64,000 bases of DNA from Eledone cirrhosa (taxonomy: Eukaryota), in contig OZ024757.1 of NCBI GenBank assembly GCA_964016885.1, positions 27,094,001 through 27,158,000 on the forward strand. The letters are read 5' to 3'. A model generated the notes under the pieces. The model had not been told where the DNA came from, did not search any database, and saw only the letters and a program-made list of their open reading frames with translations. Shown here piece after piece: positions 13,111 through 27,346 of the stretch (position 1 is its first letter; every line of letters starts with the position of its first letter). The translations under genes were made by a program, and so were the position numbers.

Positions 13111-14400
13111 TGTACATATATGCACATATGCACGCGTGTTTGTGTGTATGTATGTTGTGTGTGCGTATATATATATATATATATATAAATAATAAAAAAA
13201 GTGAGTGCACTGGAAAAACAAACATTCCCTTCGCCACAGTCAATCTCTGGAGATCACTATAGTTTCAGTTTATTAAGGTTGATACTATTTATTCCAGTGC
13301 ACATTGTGATGCAATAAAACAGATAGACACAGGACAAGTTGTTCCTTTTGGCGAATATATATATAATGGACTCTCCTGTCGATTTGATGTATGCGGGTTC
13401 AACAGTCTTTTCAGTTGTTTTATGTTTATACCTCAAATGGCACTTCAATCCAGCTGCTGATTTACACATGAATCCGTATGTATTTGGTGAGGTGACAGGA
13501 TCTCGAACAGAGCAGGCTGGAATGCCTGACCGGACTTTCGTGTTAGATCTTATCTCACGGAGCTGGGCTAAACAAGATTTCTCAAAGTTCTTTTACCTTT
13601 ATGGCAGACAGGTCTCCAGCTTTTACGGTATATATATATAAATAAACATGATATTAAATTACATTTTTGTATGTGTTATTGAGAATATTACAGGAGTCAC
13701 TTAAATGCCTAGAATTTCGTGCTCAGGCACTTAAAAAGCTAGTAATAGAAAAAACAAAATAGGGTTGTTTATATAGCATATGAATGGGAAGTTAAGAAAA
13801 AATATACGATTAATGTCATTGTGTTTTCAGTACATAAATTTGAAGACTTGTTGATATATAATGTGGATGTGAGATGCAGCATCTATCTGTAAATATATGT
13901 ATCTGATAACAGTATCATTATGAATGTGGTGTATATATTAATATATATATATCATCATGATCATCACCGTTTTACGTCCATTCTTCCATGCTAGCATGGG
14001 TTAGACGGGTTGTCCTGTTGTCGGCAGTGTCTAGTCAGCAGACCATGCCTTGCTCATACAGGAACTGATTTTGGCTTGATTTCTACAGCTGGATGCCCTT
14101 CCTAACACTAACCTCATTTACAGTGATTATATATATATAGAGTATATATATATTACAGTGAGCATATATATATATATATAGTGAAAAATGGAACGGGAAC
14201 AAAACAGAGATATATAAAACAGGGTATATATATATATATATATACCCTTCATAATAGTATCCTTATATATGTGTTGTATATTTATGCACAGTAAGATGGA
14301 CACACACACAGACATATATATATGTATGTATATATGTATGTATATATATATGTATATACGTATATATACATATATATATACATACACACATATATATGTG

Positions 14401-14460
<60 letters not shown>

Positions 14461-16204
14461 CATACACACACACACAATATCTTAGGCATCTCTTTACTGT
14501 TTGCTGACGTGGAAGTCCTTGGCACCTCAGTCTTCATATTTTCCTGAAATGTGTTGCCTTGTTCAACATACTCAGCTGTACAGTTCTACATAAGGAGCTT
14601 TATACAAACACCACCTCACTTTCTTTCTTTCCTCTTTCATACACACACACACACACACTCTCATCCCATACCCCCCCCCCCCCCGGCCACCCCCTCTCCA
14701 TATATACATTGTTTCATGTGACTCGGTGTCATAGTAAACAGGGTGAAATTATGTGCTGGAGGAATTGTGTTTTCCTGTTTGCCAATAATCATAAGATTGA
14801 CGGTTTCTACTTTAGGCACAAGGCCAGCAATTTGAAGGGAAGGGGTAAGTCGATCAATTCCACCCCTGTGTATTACTGGTACTTTATTTTAGCGACCCCG
14901 TAAAGATTAAAAGCAAAGCTAACTTTGGCGGGATTTGAACTCAGAATGTAAAGGGTTGTAACTATATGCCACAAAGCATGTTGTCCAATGCTCTACCGAT
15001 ACTGCTAATCAAAATAAGAATAGTAATAGCAGTAATACTGATTTAGGCACAAGGCCAACAATTTTAGGGGGGGGGGGGAAGACAATTAAATTGATCCCCA
15101 GTGCATTACTGGTACTTTATTTTATCGACTCCGTAAGGATGAAAGGCAAAACTAACCTCAACGAGATTTGAAATCAGAATGTAAAGGACTGTAACTATAT
15201 GCCACAAAGCATGGTGTCTGATGCTCCACCGATTCTGATAGTTAAGGTGGACTGAGATAATGAAGAGTAAAATGTATCACCACAGAGACATTGTGAGGTG
15301 AGATAAATCTCTCATGGGACATGACACTAGTTTATCACAGGTAACATTCTCTAGATGATCTGGGGGTATTTATTGACAGGTTAACTGAGGTAATGTATAA
15401 CAAAGTGTACCTCCACAGAGATTTGGACCCATGATCTAAGACTTTCATTACCATATTTTTAATAATAGACACTGTCTGTGGTTTCTGAATAATAATGAAA
15501 ATAGTAAAAAAATTTGTAAGATTTACTCATGTAACTAACTTTCTCGTGATTAACCCTTTAGCATTTACATTACTCTATATTTACTATTGTATTTTCAGGG
15601 CTTTATCTTACATAATTATCTCGCATAATATCGAATCTATGAGATTTTGATATTATTTGTTTTGAGAATGATACCTTAACATAAGTATGAGCAGCCGGTT
15701 ATTGCTAATTTGAACAGAAAGAGGTGAAAGAATTCTGACCGTCTACAGTCGGTTTAAGTGCTAAAACAGATACCCCCTACACACACAAGACAGACACCCC
15801 ACACACAACAGACACCCCACACACACACAATACTGACACCCCCCTACACACACACTTGTGTGTGTAGGGGGTATCTGTGTTGTGTGTGTGTGGGGTGTCT
15901 GTTGTGTGTAGGGAGGTGTCAGTGTTGTGTGTGTGTGGGGTGTCTGTTGTGTGTAGGGGGGTGTCAGTATTGTGTGTGTGTGGGGTGTCTGTTGTGTGTG
16001 GGGTGTCTGTCTTGTGTGTGTAGGGGGTATCTGTTTTAGCACTTAAACCGACTGGAGACGGTCAGAATTCTTTCACCTCTTTCTGTTCAAATTAGCAATA
16101 ACCGGCTGCTCATACTTATGTTAAGGTATCATTCTCAAAACAAATAATATCAAAATCTCCTTATCGAGCCCTCTTCAGATTTTAGTCTTCACATTTATTA
16201 TTAC

Positions 16205-16235
<31 letters not shown>

Positions 16236-19200
16236 ATACATACATATATATGTATGTGTATATATATTTTTTTGATTGATTTTTTGCAGTAACTCAAATA
16301 TCAATCTCCTACTTAAACAAAGTATGTGTATCTTAGCAACTGATCTCCAACAAAAGACTTAATTGATGTGTGAGAGAGAGAGAGAGAGTGAAAGTTTTAT
16401 TGACAGAGAAAGTTGAGCTGATTGATTGAGGTGCTAAAAGTACCTGCAACCTTTTTTACTCTAGACCACCTAAAACTGACTCCCCCCCACCCCACCCCAG
16501 CCTTCCAGGTTCTATGACACAACTGTTTAAAGTGTTCATGTTTATTAGATAAACACTATCTGACACCTATACTATAGTAAGGGCACTGAAAATTGGAATA
16601 TTATCATAGATTCAGTACAACACTCATCTGTTGTGTGTAGGGGGGTGTCTGTGTTGTGTGTGTGTGGGGTGTCTCTTGTCTGTAGGGGGGGGTGTCTGTG
16701 TTGTGTGTAGGGGGTGTCTGTTGTGTGTAGGGGGGTGTCTGTGTTGTGTGTGTGTGGGGTGTCTCTTGTCTGTAGGGGGGGTGTCTGTGTTGTGTGTAGG
16801 GGGGTGTCAGTGTTGTGTGTGTGTGGGGTGTCTGTTGTGTGTAGGGGGGTGTCAGTATTGTGTGTGTGTGGGGTGTCTGTCTTGTGTGTGTAGGGGGTAT
16901 CTGTGTTGTGTGTGTGTGGGGTGTCTGTTGTGTGTAGGGAGGTGTCAGTGTTGTGTGTGTGTGGGGTGTCTGTTGTGTGTAGGGGGGTGTCAGTATTGTG
17001 TGTGTGTGGGGGGTGTCTGTCTTGTGTGTGTAGGGGGTGTCTGTGTTGTGTGTGTGGGGGGGTGTCTGTTGTGTGTAGGGGGGTGTCAGTGTTGTGTGTG
17101 TGTGTGGGGTGTCTGTTGTGTGTAGGGAGGTGTCAGTGTTGTGTGTGTGTGTGGGGTGTCTGTGTTGTGTGTGTGTGGGTTATCTGTGTTGTGTGTGTTG
17201 TGTGTGTGGGTTATCTGTGTTGTGTGTGTGGGGGGTGTCTGTGTTGTGTGTATGTGTGTAGGGGGTGTCTGTGTTGTGTGTGTAGGGGGTGTATGTGTGT
17301 GTGTGGGGGGGGGATCGGTGTTGTGTGTGTGTGTAAACAGTTATGCATGCTCAGCCATAAACAACAAGAACAAACATCACTACAACCACCACCAACAACC
17401 ACACCACCACCATCACTACCACCAACACTGCTACCACCCCTAGCACCATCACTACCATCAACAAAGTCACCATCAACAATAACCACACCACTACCATCAC
17501 ACCACCACCACTACCATCAACACAGTCACCATCAACAACAACCACACCACTACCACCACCACTACCAACACCATCACTACCACCACCACCACCACCACTA
17601 CCATCAACACAGTCACCATCAACAACAACCACACCACCACCACTACCACCACCACTACCATCACCATCACTACCACCCCTACCACCTACAACAATAACAA
17701 TAGTTGGCTGTGAGCTATGTAGGACACATTTAGTTGTAATGTTATTGGCTTTGAAAAGCAGCTTAAACCAGCCGGATCTGGTTTACAGAAGAAATATTGT
17801 GTTATATATTCTTATATCACGATGAGATAATATATTTATTGGGGTTATCTCTCAAAACAGGAAGGAGAAAGGGGAGGGATTAACCCCTGTTAAGAGCTGC
17901 AGTGATGTCTTTTAGTCCAAGAGAGAAGGGCTGTGCTCATGGCTCTTTTCAGGGCATCTGAAAGTCATGGGAGGGTGGAATCTATCTTTATTTAAACTGG
18001 AGATCTGATTCTCAAATGCTTGCAACAGAGTATGGTAAAGACCCCCTTCAGTCATGAAAGACCATGGGATTTGTACCTAGAAAGTTCCCCTCTGAGGCAC
18101 AAGTCCAGGCAAGGTTGTTTGTGGAAGATCAGCTGTTGCCCATGCATACCGGCCTCTCCTCTTCACGCCACCGGTGTTGACCATTCGAAAGGCACTGACC
18201 CATACAGCTTGGCACCAGTGACATAAAATGTCTTGCTCAAGAATACAATGCACTATGTCCAAGAATCGAACTCACAACCTCCTGATTGCAAACCCAATGC
18301 TCTAACACTAAGCCATGCTCCTTCACACAGCAGTCTCTGCTAAGGCCATCAAAAGTTCAGGTGTATTTATCAGAGATGTTTCACTTGATAAGTTGTAGGG
18401 TGATGGAAGTGATTAGAGTGAATTTACACCTTGCACATGAATGTACAACAGAAGTTGGCAATAGGTGTTCACTGTGTGCCTCAGACCTTTTAAAATGTTT
18501 ATATGTAAGATATGATATAATATACATATGGGCTATTGTGGTATTCTCGGTGGGCCTCTGACCTTTTAACCCTTTAGAATTTACATTACTCTATATATAC
18601 TATTATATTTTCACAATAAAGGCTTTATCTTACATAATTATCTCACAAAATGAATAACATTAAAATCTACGAAATTTTGATGTTATTTGTTTTGAGAACA
18701 ATACCTTAATGTAGGTATGAGCAGCCAGTTACAGCCGCTTTGAACAGAAAGAGGTGAGAGAGTTCTGGTCAGATATGGCTGGTTTAAATGCTAAAGGGTT
18801 AAATTGTTTATATGTAAGATATAATAAAATAGACATATGGGCCATTGATGTGTTTTCTGTGGCCTTCTTAAATTGCTTATATGTAAGATACAATATAAAA
18901 TACATAGGCTTCAGACCTTTTCAAATGCATATGACAAAATATACATGTTGGCCATTGATGTGTTCTCACAACAAGAAATGATACTGCTGAAGTAGATCCA
19001 ACCTGGAGATGACACCCCTCCTTGTGGCTCTCTTCCCAGAGCTGAGAGTGCTCTACTGTTGGGTCTATGACCAACAACCTCTCTAGTGATGGTGCCATGA
19101 AAATGCACCCGCTAGACTCTGTAAGGGTGTTTGGTGACAGGAAGAGCACCCCATTGTAGAAACCATGCCTGAAAGGGTTGAGAGGACCCTTTAGTTGTGT

Positions 19201-22200
19201 CAACCTTACAACATCTTTACTTCACAACACCATCTCACATCTTAATACCACAATATCTCAGAACCATCAACCTCACAACTGTTGATATCTAATCTTTATC
19301 TTGCTACTCAGGTGCTGCAAGTGGTATTGGTCGCAGCATATGCCAGGTGTTTGCACGTGAAGGGGCCAAGATTGCAGCTGTCGATATCAATATGGTAGGA
19401 CTAGAGCAGACCCTGAAAACATTGAAGGCTTCTTCTCCAGGTATTTATTGTTGGTGAAACCTTCAACATCATCATCATTGTTATGGCTGTCGTAGTCATC
19501 ACCACCACCATCATCATTATCATCATTACCATCATTATCACCAACACCACCTTCATTATCACCACCATCAACACCACCACCACCACCACCATCATCACCA
19601 CCACCCTCGTCACCATCACCTCCACCACCACCACCATCATCACTACCACCCTCATCACCACCACCCTCGTCACCATCACCTCCACCATCATCACCATCAC
19701 CCCCACCACCACCACCATCATCACTACCACCCTCATCACCACCATCACCCTCTTCACTGTTATCATCACCGTTTAACGTCTATTTTCCACCCTTGTATGG
19801 GTTAGATGAATTATCACATACAGAGGCTGGACTGGTGAGGTATCTACAATTTCACATCCATTTTCTATACTAGCATGGGTTGGACAGGTCACTGTTAACT
19901 GAGCCAGTTCATATTTAGAGTTAACTGCCCTGCTAGATGGGTTACAGGTCCAGATCTGATTGGTTTGTTCCAGTTATGGCATAGTTTCTACAGCTGGAGA
20001 GATCCTGTGATGGAGTAGACTCATCTAACCCATGGGAAAATGGTCGTAAAAATGATGATAATTATGTAATATCACCGATACTATGTGATATTGTTGATAA
20101 ATATCAAAAACAAAATTTGTTTTCCCTCTAACATGGTGGATACCTAAATGTATTTGTGAGGGAATAATAATTGTTTCTACTTTTGGCACAAGGCCAGCAA
20201 TTAACCATTGTATTACTGGTACTTTATTTTATCAACCCTGTAAGGATGAAAGGCAAAGTTAACCTCGGCGGGATTTGAACTGAGACCATAAAGGGCCGTA
20301 ACTCTTTGCTGCAAAGCATGGCGTCCGACCCTCTTAATAATATTATTGTGAACGAGACCTGGGCATTACTGTCAACAGCGATTCGCGTTGGACGAAGCAC
20401 ATCTTTAAAATTGTCAAGAAGGCCAAGAGTGTCTTAGCATCACTCAGCAAGACCTTTGTCAGCCGCTCTCCAGCTATCTATTTAAACGTGTACATAGCTA
20501 TGGTGCGGCCACACTTTGAATTTGCATCACCAGTCTGGAACCCCTATCTTGCTCAGAACATTGACCTCAGGCATCTACCATACTCTGAACACCTTGCTTC
20601 TCTGAGCATGGATACATTGAAGCGCTGATGTCTGGCAACTGACTTGGTAAACACCCACAAAATGATTATCTTGCCAACAACAACCCTGAGCATCTTTTTG
20701 ATTTCCATGTCTCTAACACACGTGGACATGCCTACAAAGTCAGAAAACAGCACAGCTCCCATGACTTTCGGAAACATTATTTCACGCTCAGAGTTGCTGA
20801 AGTATGGAACAAACTACCTGCATCTGTTGTTAGCTGCCGAGACACTGCATCCTTTAAAACCTCCATGCTTCCTGAGATTCGCCAACACTACACCTAATGT
20901 CCCCCTTCCATACACATGCACACATGTATATATCATGACTCATACACTATTCACTTCCCTGACATTTGTATATTACCCTATGTACTATACATGCACCCTT
21001 GAGGAGTTGTAGTGCACCTGAGCACTGTACACAATAATTTCATTATTATTATTAATATTTGGTTTATTTGCAAGCAGACAGCCTCATAAACACCATGTGT
21101 GTTTTCTAGATGACAATGTCATCCTTTTGTTCTAGCGGTAACTGAGAGAAAACAGTTGACAATTGTTTCGGAGTTGTTGCTCCTTATCAAGACTGTATTT
21201 TTATTGTTGCTACCTGCTGGAACTGCTGAGAATACATACTATTCTCAAATGTATACATTGGTTGATTAGCCTAATTTGCATACTGAGCGATTTTACTGCC
21301 AGCTTATAATTACATCATCAGATATCTTTTTGCCTATACAGGTAAAATTCTGTTATAACGAATACTTCAGAAAAACAAAATTTTTTTCAATCACTGAGGT
21401 AATAACAACGAAATGCTCGATGTGTTTCAGTTGATCTCGTTATAAAGAATTTTTCGTTTCAATGAATTTTTTTTCATACGCCATGAATTTCGTTATTGTG
21501 GAATTTCACTGTATATAATTCTACTTGTAGGGGACCACCATGCATTCCCAACTGATATCTCCCTGCCTAAGTCAGTGACACAGATGGTGGAGCATGTGAC
21601 CACACAGTTCCAACAAACACCATCCATAGCTGTTAACAGTGCTGGCATTATCCGCGACAATCTCCTTCTACGCACTACTGATGAAGAATTTGATAAAGTC
21701 ATTAATGTCAACTTAAAGGTTTGTTTCTTGGTATCTTCTGTGGTTATTGTGGAAGTAGAGTTTATGTTATTGTGGAAGTAGAGTTTGTGTTATTGTGGAA
21801 ATAGAAGTTGTGTTATTGTGGAAGTAGAGTTTGTGTTATTGTGGAAATAGAGTTTGTGTTATTTTAGAAATAGAGTTTGTGTTATTGTGGAAGTAGAGTT
21901 TGTGTTATTTTGGAAGTAGAGTTTATGTTATTGTGGAAATAGGGTTTGTGTTATTGTGGAAGCAGAGTTTGTGTTATTGTGGAAGTAGAGTTTGTGTTAT
22001 TGTGGAAGTAGAGTTTGTGTTATTGTGGAAGTAGAGTTTGTGTTATTTTGGAAGTAGAGTTTGTGTTATTGTGGAAGTAGAGTTTGTGTTATTGTGGAAG
22101 TAGAGGTTGTGTTATTGTGGAAATAGAGTTTGTGTTATTGTGGAAGTAGAGTTTGTGTTATTGTGGAAGTAGAGTTTGTGTTATTGTGGAAGTAGAGTTT

Positions 22201-25200
22201 GTGTTATTGTGGAAGCAGAGTTTGTGTTATTGTGGAAGTAGAGGTTGTGTTATTGTGGAAATAGAGTTTGTGTTATTGTGGAAGTAGAGTTTGTGTTATT
22301 GTGGAAGTAGAGGTTGTGTTATTGTGGAAGCAGAGTTTGTGTTATTGTGGAAGTAGAGGTTGTGTTATTGTGGAAATAGAGTTTGTGTTATTGTGGAAGT
22401 AGAGTTTGTGTTATTGTGGAAATAGAGTTTGTGTTATTGTGGAAGTAGAGGTTGTGTTATTTTGGAAGTAGAGTTTGTGTTATTGTGGAAGTAGAGTTTG
22501 TGTTATTGTGGAAGTAGAGTTTATGTTATTGTGGAAGTAGAGTTTGTGTTATTGTGGAAATAGAGTTTGTGTTATTGTGGAAGTAGAGTTTGTGTTATTG
22601 TGGAAGTAGAGTTTATGTTATTGTGGAAGTAGCGGTTGTGTTATTGTGGAAGTATAGTTTGTGTTATTGTGGAAATAGAGTTTGTGTTATTGTGGAAGTA
22701 GAGTTTGTGTTATTGTGGAAGTAGAGTTTGTGTTATTGTGGAAGTAGAGTTTATGTTATTGTGGAAGTAGAGTATGTGTTATTGTGGAAGTAGAGTTTGT
22801 GTTATTGTGGAAGTAGAGTTTGTGTTATTGTGGAAGTAGAGTTTATGTTATTGTGGAAGTAGAGTTTATGTTATTGTGGAAGTAGAGTTTGTGTTATTGT
22901 GGAAATAGAGTTTGTGTTATTGTGGAAGTAGAGTTTGTGTTATTGTGGAAGTAGAGTTTATGTTATTGTGGAAGTAGCGGTTGTGTTATTGTGGAAGTAG
23001 AGTTTGTGTTATTGTGGAAATAGAGTTTGTGTTATTGTGGAAGTAGAGTTTGTGTTATTGTGGAAGTAGAGGTTGTGTTATTGTGGAAGTAGAGTTTGTG
23101 TTATTGTGGAAATAGGGTTTGTGTTATTGTGGAAGTAGAGTTTGTGTTATTGTGGAAGTAGAGTTTATGTTATTGTGGAAGTAGAGTTTGTGTTATTGTG
23201 GAAGTAGAGTTTGTGTTATTGTGGAAGTAGAGTTTGTGTTATTGTGGAAATAGGGTTTGTGTTATTGTGGAAGTAGAGTTTGTGTTATTGTGGAAGTAGG
23301 GTTTATGTTATTGTGGAAGTAGAGTTTGTGTTATTGTGGAAATAGAGTTTGTGTTATTGTGGAAATAGGGTGGCTTATTGTGGAAACTGTATGTGATATT
23401 GAGAAAGTAGAGAGTGTTATTGTAAAAGTACTGAGGAGTAACAACTGTTGTGATAGAGCATAATGTAGTGATGTGGTGTTTGGTCTCATAGTAGTGAGTG
23501 GTGTAGTGTGTGGTAGATAGTAGTGAGTGGTGTAGTGTTTGGTCTATAGTAGTGTGTGGTCTTGTAGTAGTGAGTGGTGTAGTGTAGTGTTTGGTCTATA
23601 GTAGTGTGTGGTATATAGTTGTGAGTGGTGTAGTGTTTGGTCTATAGTAGTGTGTGGTCTCATAGTAGTGAGTAGTGTAGTGTTTGGTCTATAGTAGTGT
23701 GTCGTCTCGTAGTAGTGTGTGGTATATAGTAGTGAGTGGTGTAGTGTTTCGTCTATCGTAGTGTGTGGTCTTGTAGTAGTGAGTGGTCTCATAGTAGTGA
23801 GTGATGTGGTGGAAGTAGTAAGTCCCACCATGTCTTATGCAGAAGTAGTGTATGATGAAGCTTCTATTGCTGGTGTATTTATTGCCTAGAATTCCTGTCA
23901 ACTTTTTATAGATGTTTTATATGTAGAAACCTGATGAGATTGGAAGATTTTTACTGTAGTTGTGATTTAAAAACTATGATATTATTGTATCTGTTGACAG
24001 GGTACATATCTCGTAATGAAGGCTGTGGCTACACTAATGATAAATAAGCAGATTGAGTGTGGGTCCATCATCAATCTTGCAAGTATTGTTGGAAAGGTAA
24101 GGAAAATAGTAGGATTGATCTCCACTTTATCCACTGGCTGGATACAGCTGGTTTAAAGGCTAAAGAGTTAACCTTGTGGGTGCTATAGCAATCTTCATAT
24201 TCATTTGTGGGGTCCTTCTTGAGGCAATCAATGTTCCATGGCAGAATGTCCTTTTTGATGCTTAACCCTTTCAGTTGCTTCTTTAGACCAGGAATATGGT
24301 CTACCTATTCTAGAAACTGGGGTGACAGCAATTATAGCTTCAATATTGGTCAGACAATTAAAATTTGATATGCAGTAATGTTTTAATAATTTAGTATTAT
24401 TAGTGGTTGAAGGTGTGTGGCCTTGTAGTTAGAGTATTGGACTCACAATCATACTGTTGTAGATTCAATTCTTCGACTGAGTGGTGTGTTGTGTTCTCGA
24501 GCAAACACTTTATTTCATGTTGCTTTTCATGATAGAGTGAATCCCTTCCTTTCATTAAAACACCCCCAAAAACTTCCTATGAGTTGTAACATTGTTTTTT
24601 GTTTGTTTTACATTATTTGTAGTATTAGTAAAATTGTTATATATTTTGTATGTGACTGTAGTGTGGCAACATCGGACAGTGCAATTATGCAGCATCAAAA
24701 GCTGGAGTTGAAGGATTAAGTAAATCTGCTGCAAAAGAACTTTCCAGGTAAATTCTGTTCCTATATCTCAACATAACTTCCCAGGTAAATTCTGTTCCTA
24801 TATCTCAACATAACTTCCCAGGTAAATTCTGTTCCTATATCTCACCATAACTTTCCAGGTAAATTCTGTTCCTATATCTCAACATAACTTTCCAGGTAAA
24901 TTCTGTTCCTATATCCCAACATAACTTTCCAGGTAAATTCTGTTCCTATATCTCACCATAACTTTCCAGGTAAATTCTGTTCCTATATCTCACCATAACT
25001 TCCCAGGTAAATTCTGTTCCTATATCTCACCATAACTTTCCAGGTAAATTCTGTTCCTATATCTCACCATAACTTCCCAGGTAAATTCTGTTCCTATATC
25101 TCAACATAACTTTCCAGATAAATTCTGTTCCTATATCTCACCATAACTTTCCAGGTAAATTCTGTTCCTATATCTCAACATAACTTCCCAGGTAAATTCT

Positions 25201-27307
25201 GTTCCTATATCTCAACATAACTTTCCAGGTAAATTCTGTTCCTATATCTCAACATAACTTTCCAGGTAAATTCTGTTCCTATATCTCAACATAACTTTCC
25301 AGGTAAATTCTGTTCCTATATCTCAACATAACTTCCCAGGTAAATTCTGTTCCTATATCTCAACATAACTTTCCAGGTAAATTCTGTTCCTATATCTCAA
25401 CATAACTTTCCAGGTAAATTCTGTTCCTATATCTCAACATAACTTTCCAGGTAAATTCTGTTCCTATATCTCAACATAACTTCCCAGGTAAATTCTGTTC
25501 CTATATCTCAACATAACTTTCCAGATAAATTCTGTTCCTATATCCCAACATAACTTCCCAGGTAAATTCTGTTCCTATATCTCAACATAACTTTCCAGGT
25601 AAATTCTGTTCCTATATCTCAACATAACTTTCCAGATAAATTCTGTTCCTATATCTCAACATAACTTTCCAGGTAAATTCTGTTCCTATATCTCACCATA
25701 ACTTTCCAGGTAAATTCTGTTCCTATATCCCAACATAACTTTCCAGGTAAATTCTGTTCCTATATCTCACCATAACTTTCCAGGTAAATTCTGTTCCTAT
25801 ATCTCAACATAACTTCCCAGGTAAATTCTGTTCCTATATCTCAACATAACTTTCCAGGTAAATTCTGTTCCTATATCTCACCATAACTTTCCAGGTAAAT
25901 TCTGTTCCTATATCTCAACATAACTTTCCAGGTAAATTCTGTTCCTATATCTCAACATAACTTTCCAGGTAAATTCTGTTCCTATATCCCAACATAACTT
26001 TCCAGGTAAATTCTGTTCCTATATCTCAACATAACTTTCCAGGTAAATTCTGTTCCTATATCTCACCATAACTTTCCAGGTAAATTCTGTTCCTATATCT
26101 CAACATAACTTTCCAGGTAAATTCTGTTCCTATATCTCAACATAACTTTCCAGGTAAATTCTGTTCCTATATCTCAACATAACTTTCCAGGTAAATTCTG
26201 TTCCTATATCCCATGACTTTCAGAAACATTTTTTCACACTTAGAGTTGCTGAAGCATGGAACAAGCTACCAATATCGGTTTTTAGCTGTTTGGACACTGC
26301 ATTCATCAAAACTTCCATGCTTCCTGAAATAAGACAACACTACACCTGATATTTCCCCTCCATAAACACTCACGCATGTATCTGTGTGTATATCATGACT
26401 CATACATTTTATATGCTATACATGCACCTTTGATGAGTTGTAGTGCACTTGAGCACTGTACACACTAATTTTCATTATTATTATTATATCTCAATATAAA
26501 GGCAGTGGATTGGCAGTATCTGCAGAGGATCGGACGATGTGTTTTGCAGCATAGAGTTATGGCCCTTTATGATCTGAATTCAAATTGCGTCGAGGTTAAC
26601 TTTGCCTTTCATCCTTACGGGGTCGATAAAATAAAGTACCAGTAATGCACTGAGATAATTGCTGGCCTTGTGCCAAAAGTAGAAACAATTATATCTCAAT
26701 ATAAGGCGGTGGATTGACAGAATCGGTAGAGCGTCAGACACCCTGCTTCTTGGCATAGAGTCACGGCCCTTTACATTCTGAGTTCGAATCCCGCCAAGGT
26801 TAGCTTTGCCTTTCATCCTTACGGGGTCGATGAAATAAAGTAGCAGTAATGCACTGGGGTCGATATAATCGACTTTCCCCTTCCCCCAAATTACTGGCCT
26901 TGTGCCTATAGTAGAAATAATTGTTATATCTCAATATAAATTTTAGGTAAATTTTGTTTCCATATTTTAACCTTTTAATACTGGAAGAGGAAATAAAGAA
27001 AGGCGATGTACAAGACAAGTTTTTACTCATCGCTGTATTTGACAGCGTTGAGCTGTTTTAACGGCTATAATAGCGATGAAATTTCTCATTTTTTATGTAA
27101 TATGACATGTAGTTAATGTTGAATTTAATTACTGTCATGTTTGTTACAGGTTCAATATCCGTGTCAACTCCGTCTTGCCAGGATTTATTGCTACACCCAT
27201 GACAGGTACAGTTCCAGAGACATTTCTACAGAATCTCGTCAAACAAATTCCACTACGACGACTTGGAACTCCTGAAGGTTTGTGATAGTTATTCTGTACA
27301 TATATGC

Positions 27308-27346
<39 letters not shown>

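Noticed and set aside
16631-17697. Long Cys/Val/Gly- and His-rich ORFs resembling metallothionein or His-rich proteins
   Set aside because: Translations of a GT minisatellite and a (CAC)n repeat inside intron 1; open in several frames and both strands
24738-26211. CRISPR-like appearance of the 37-bp repeats
   Set aside because: Units are contiguous with no unique spacers, no cas genes, eukaryotic intron
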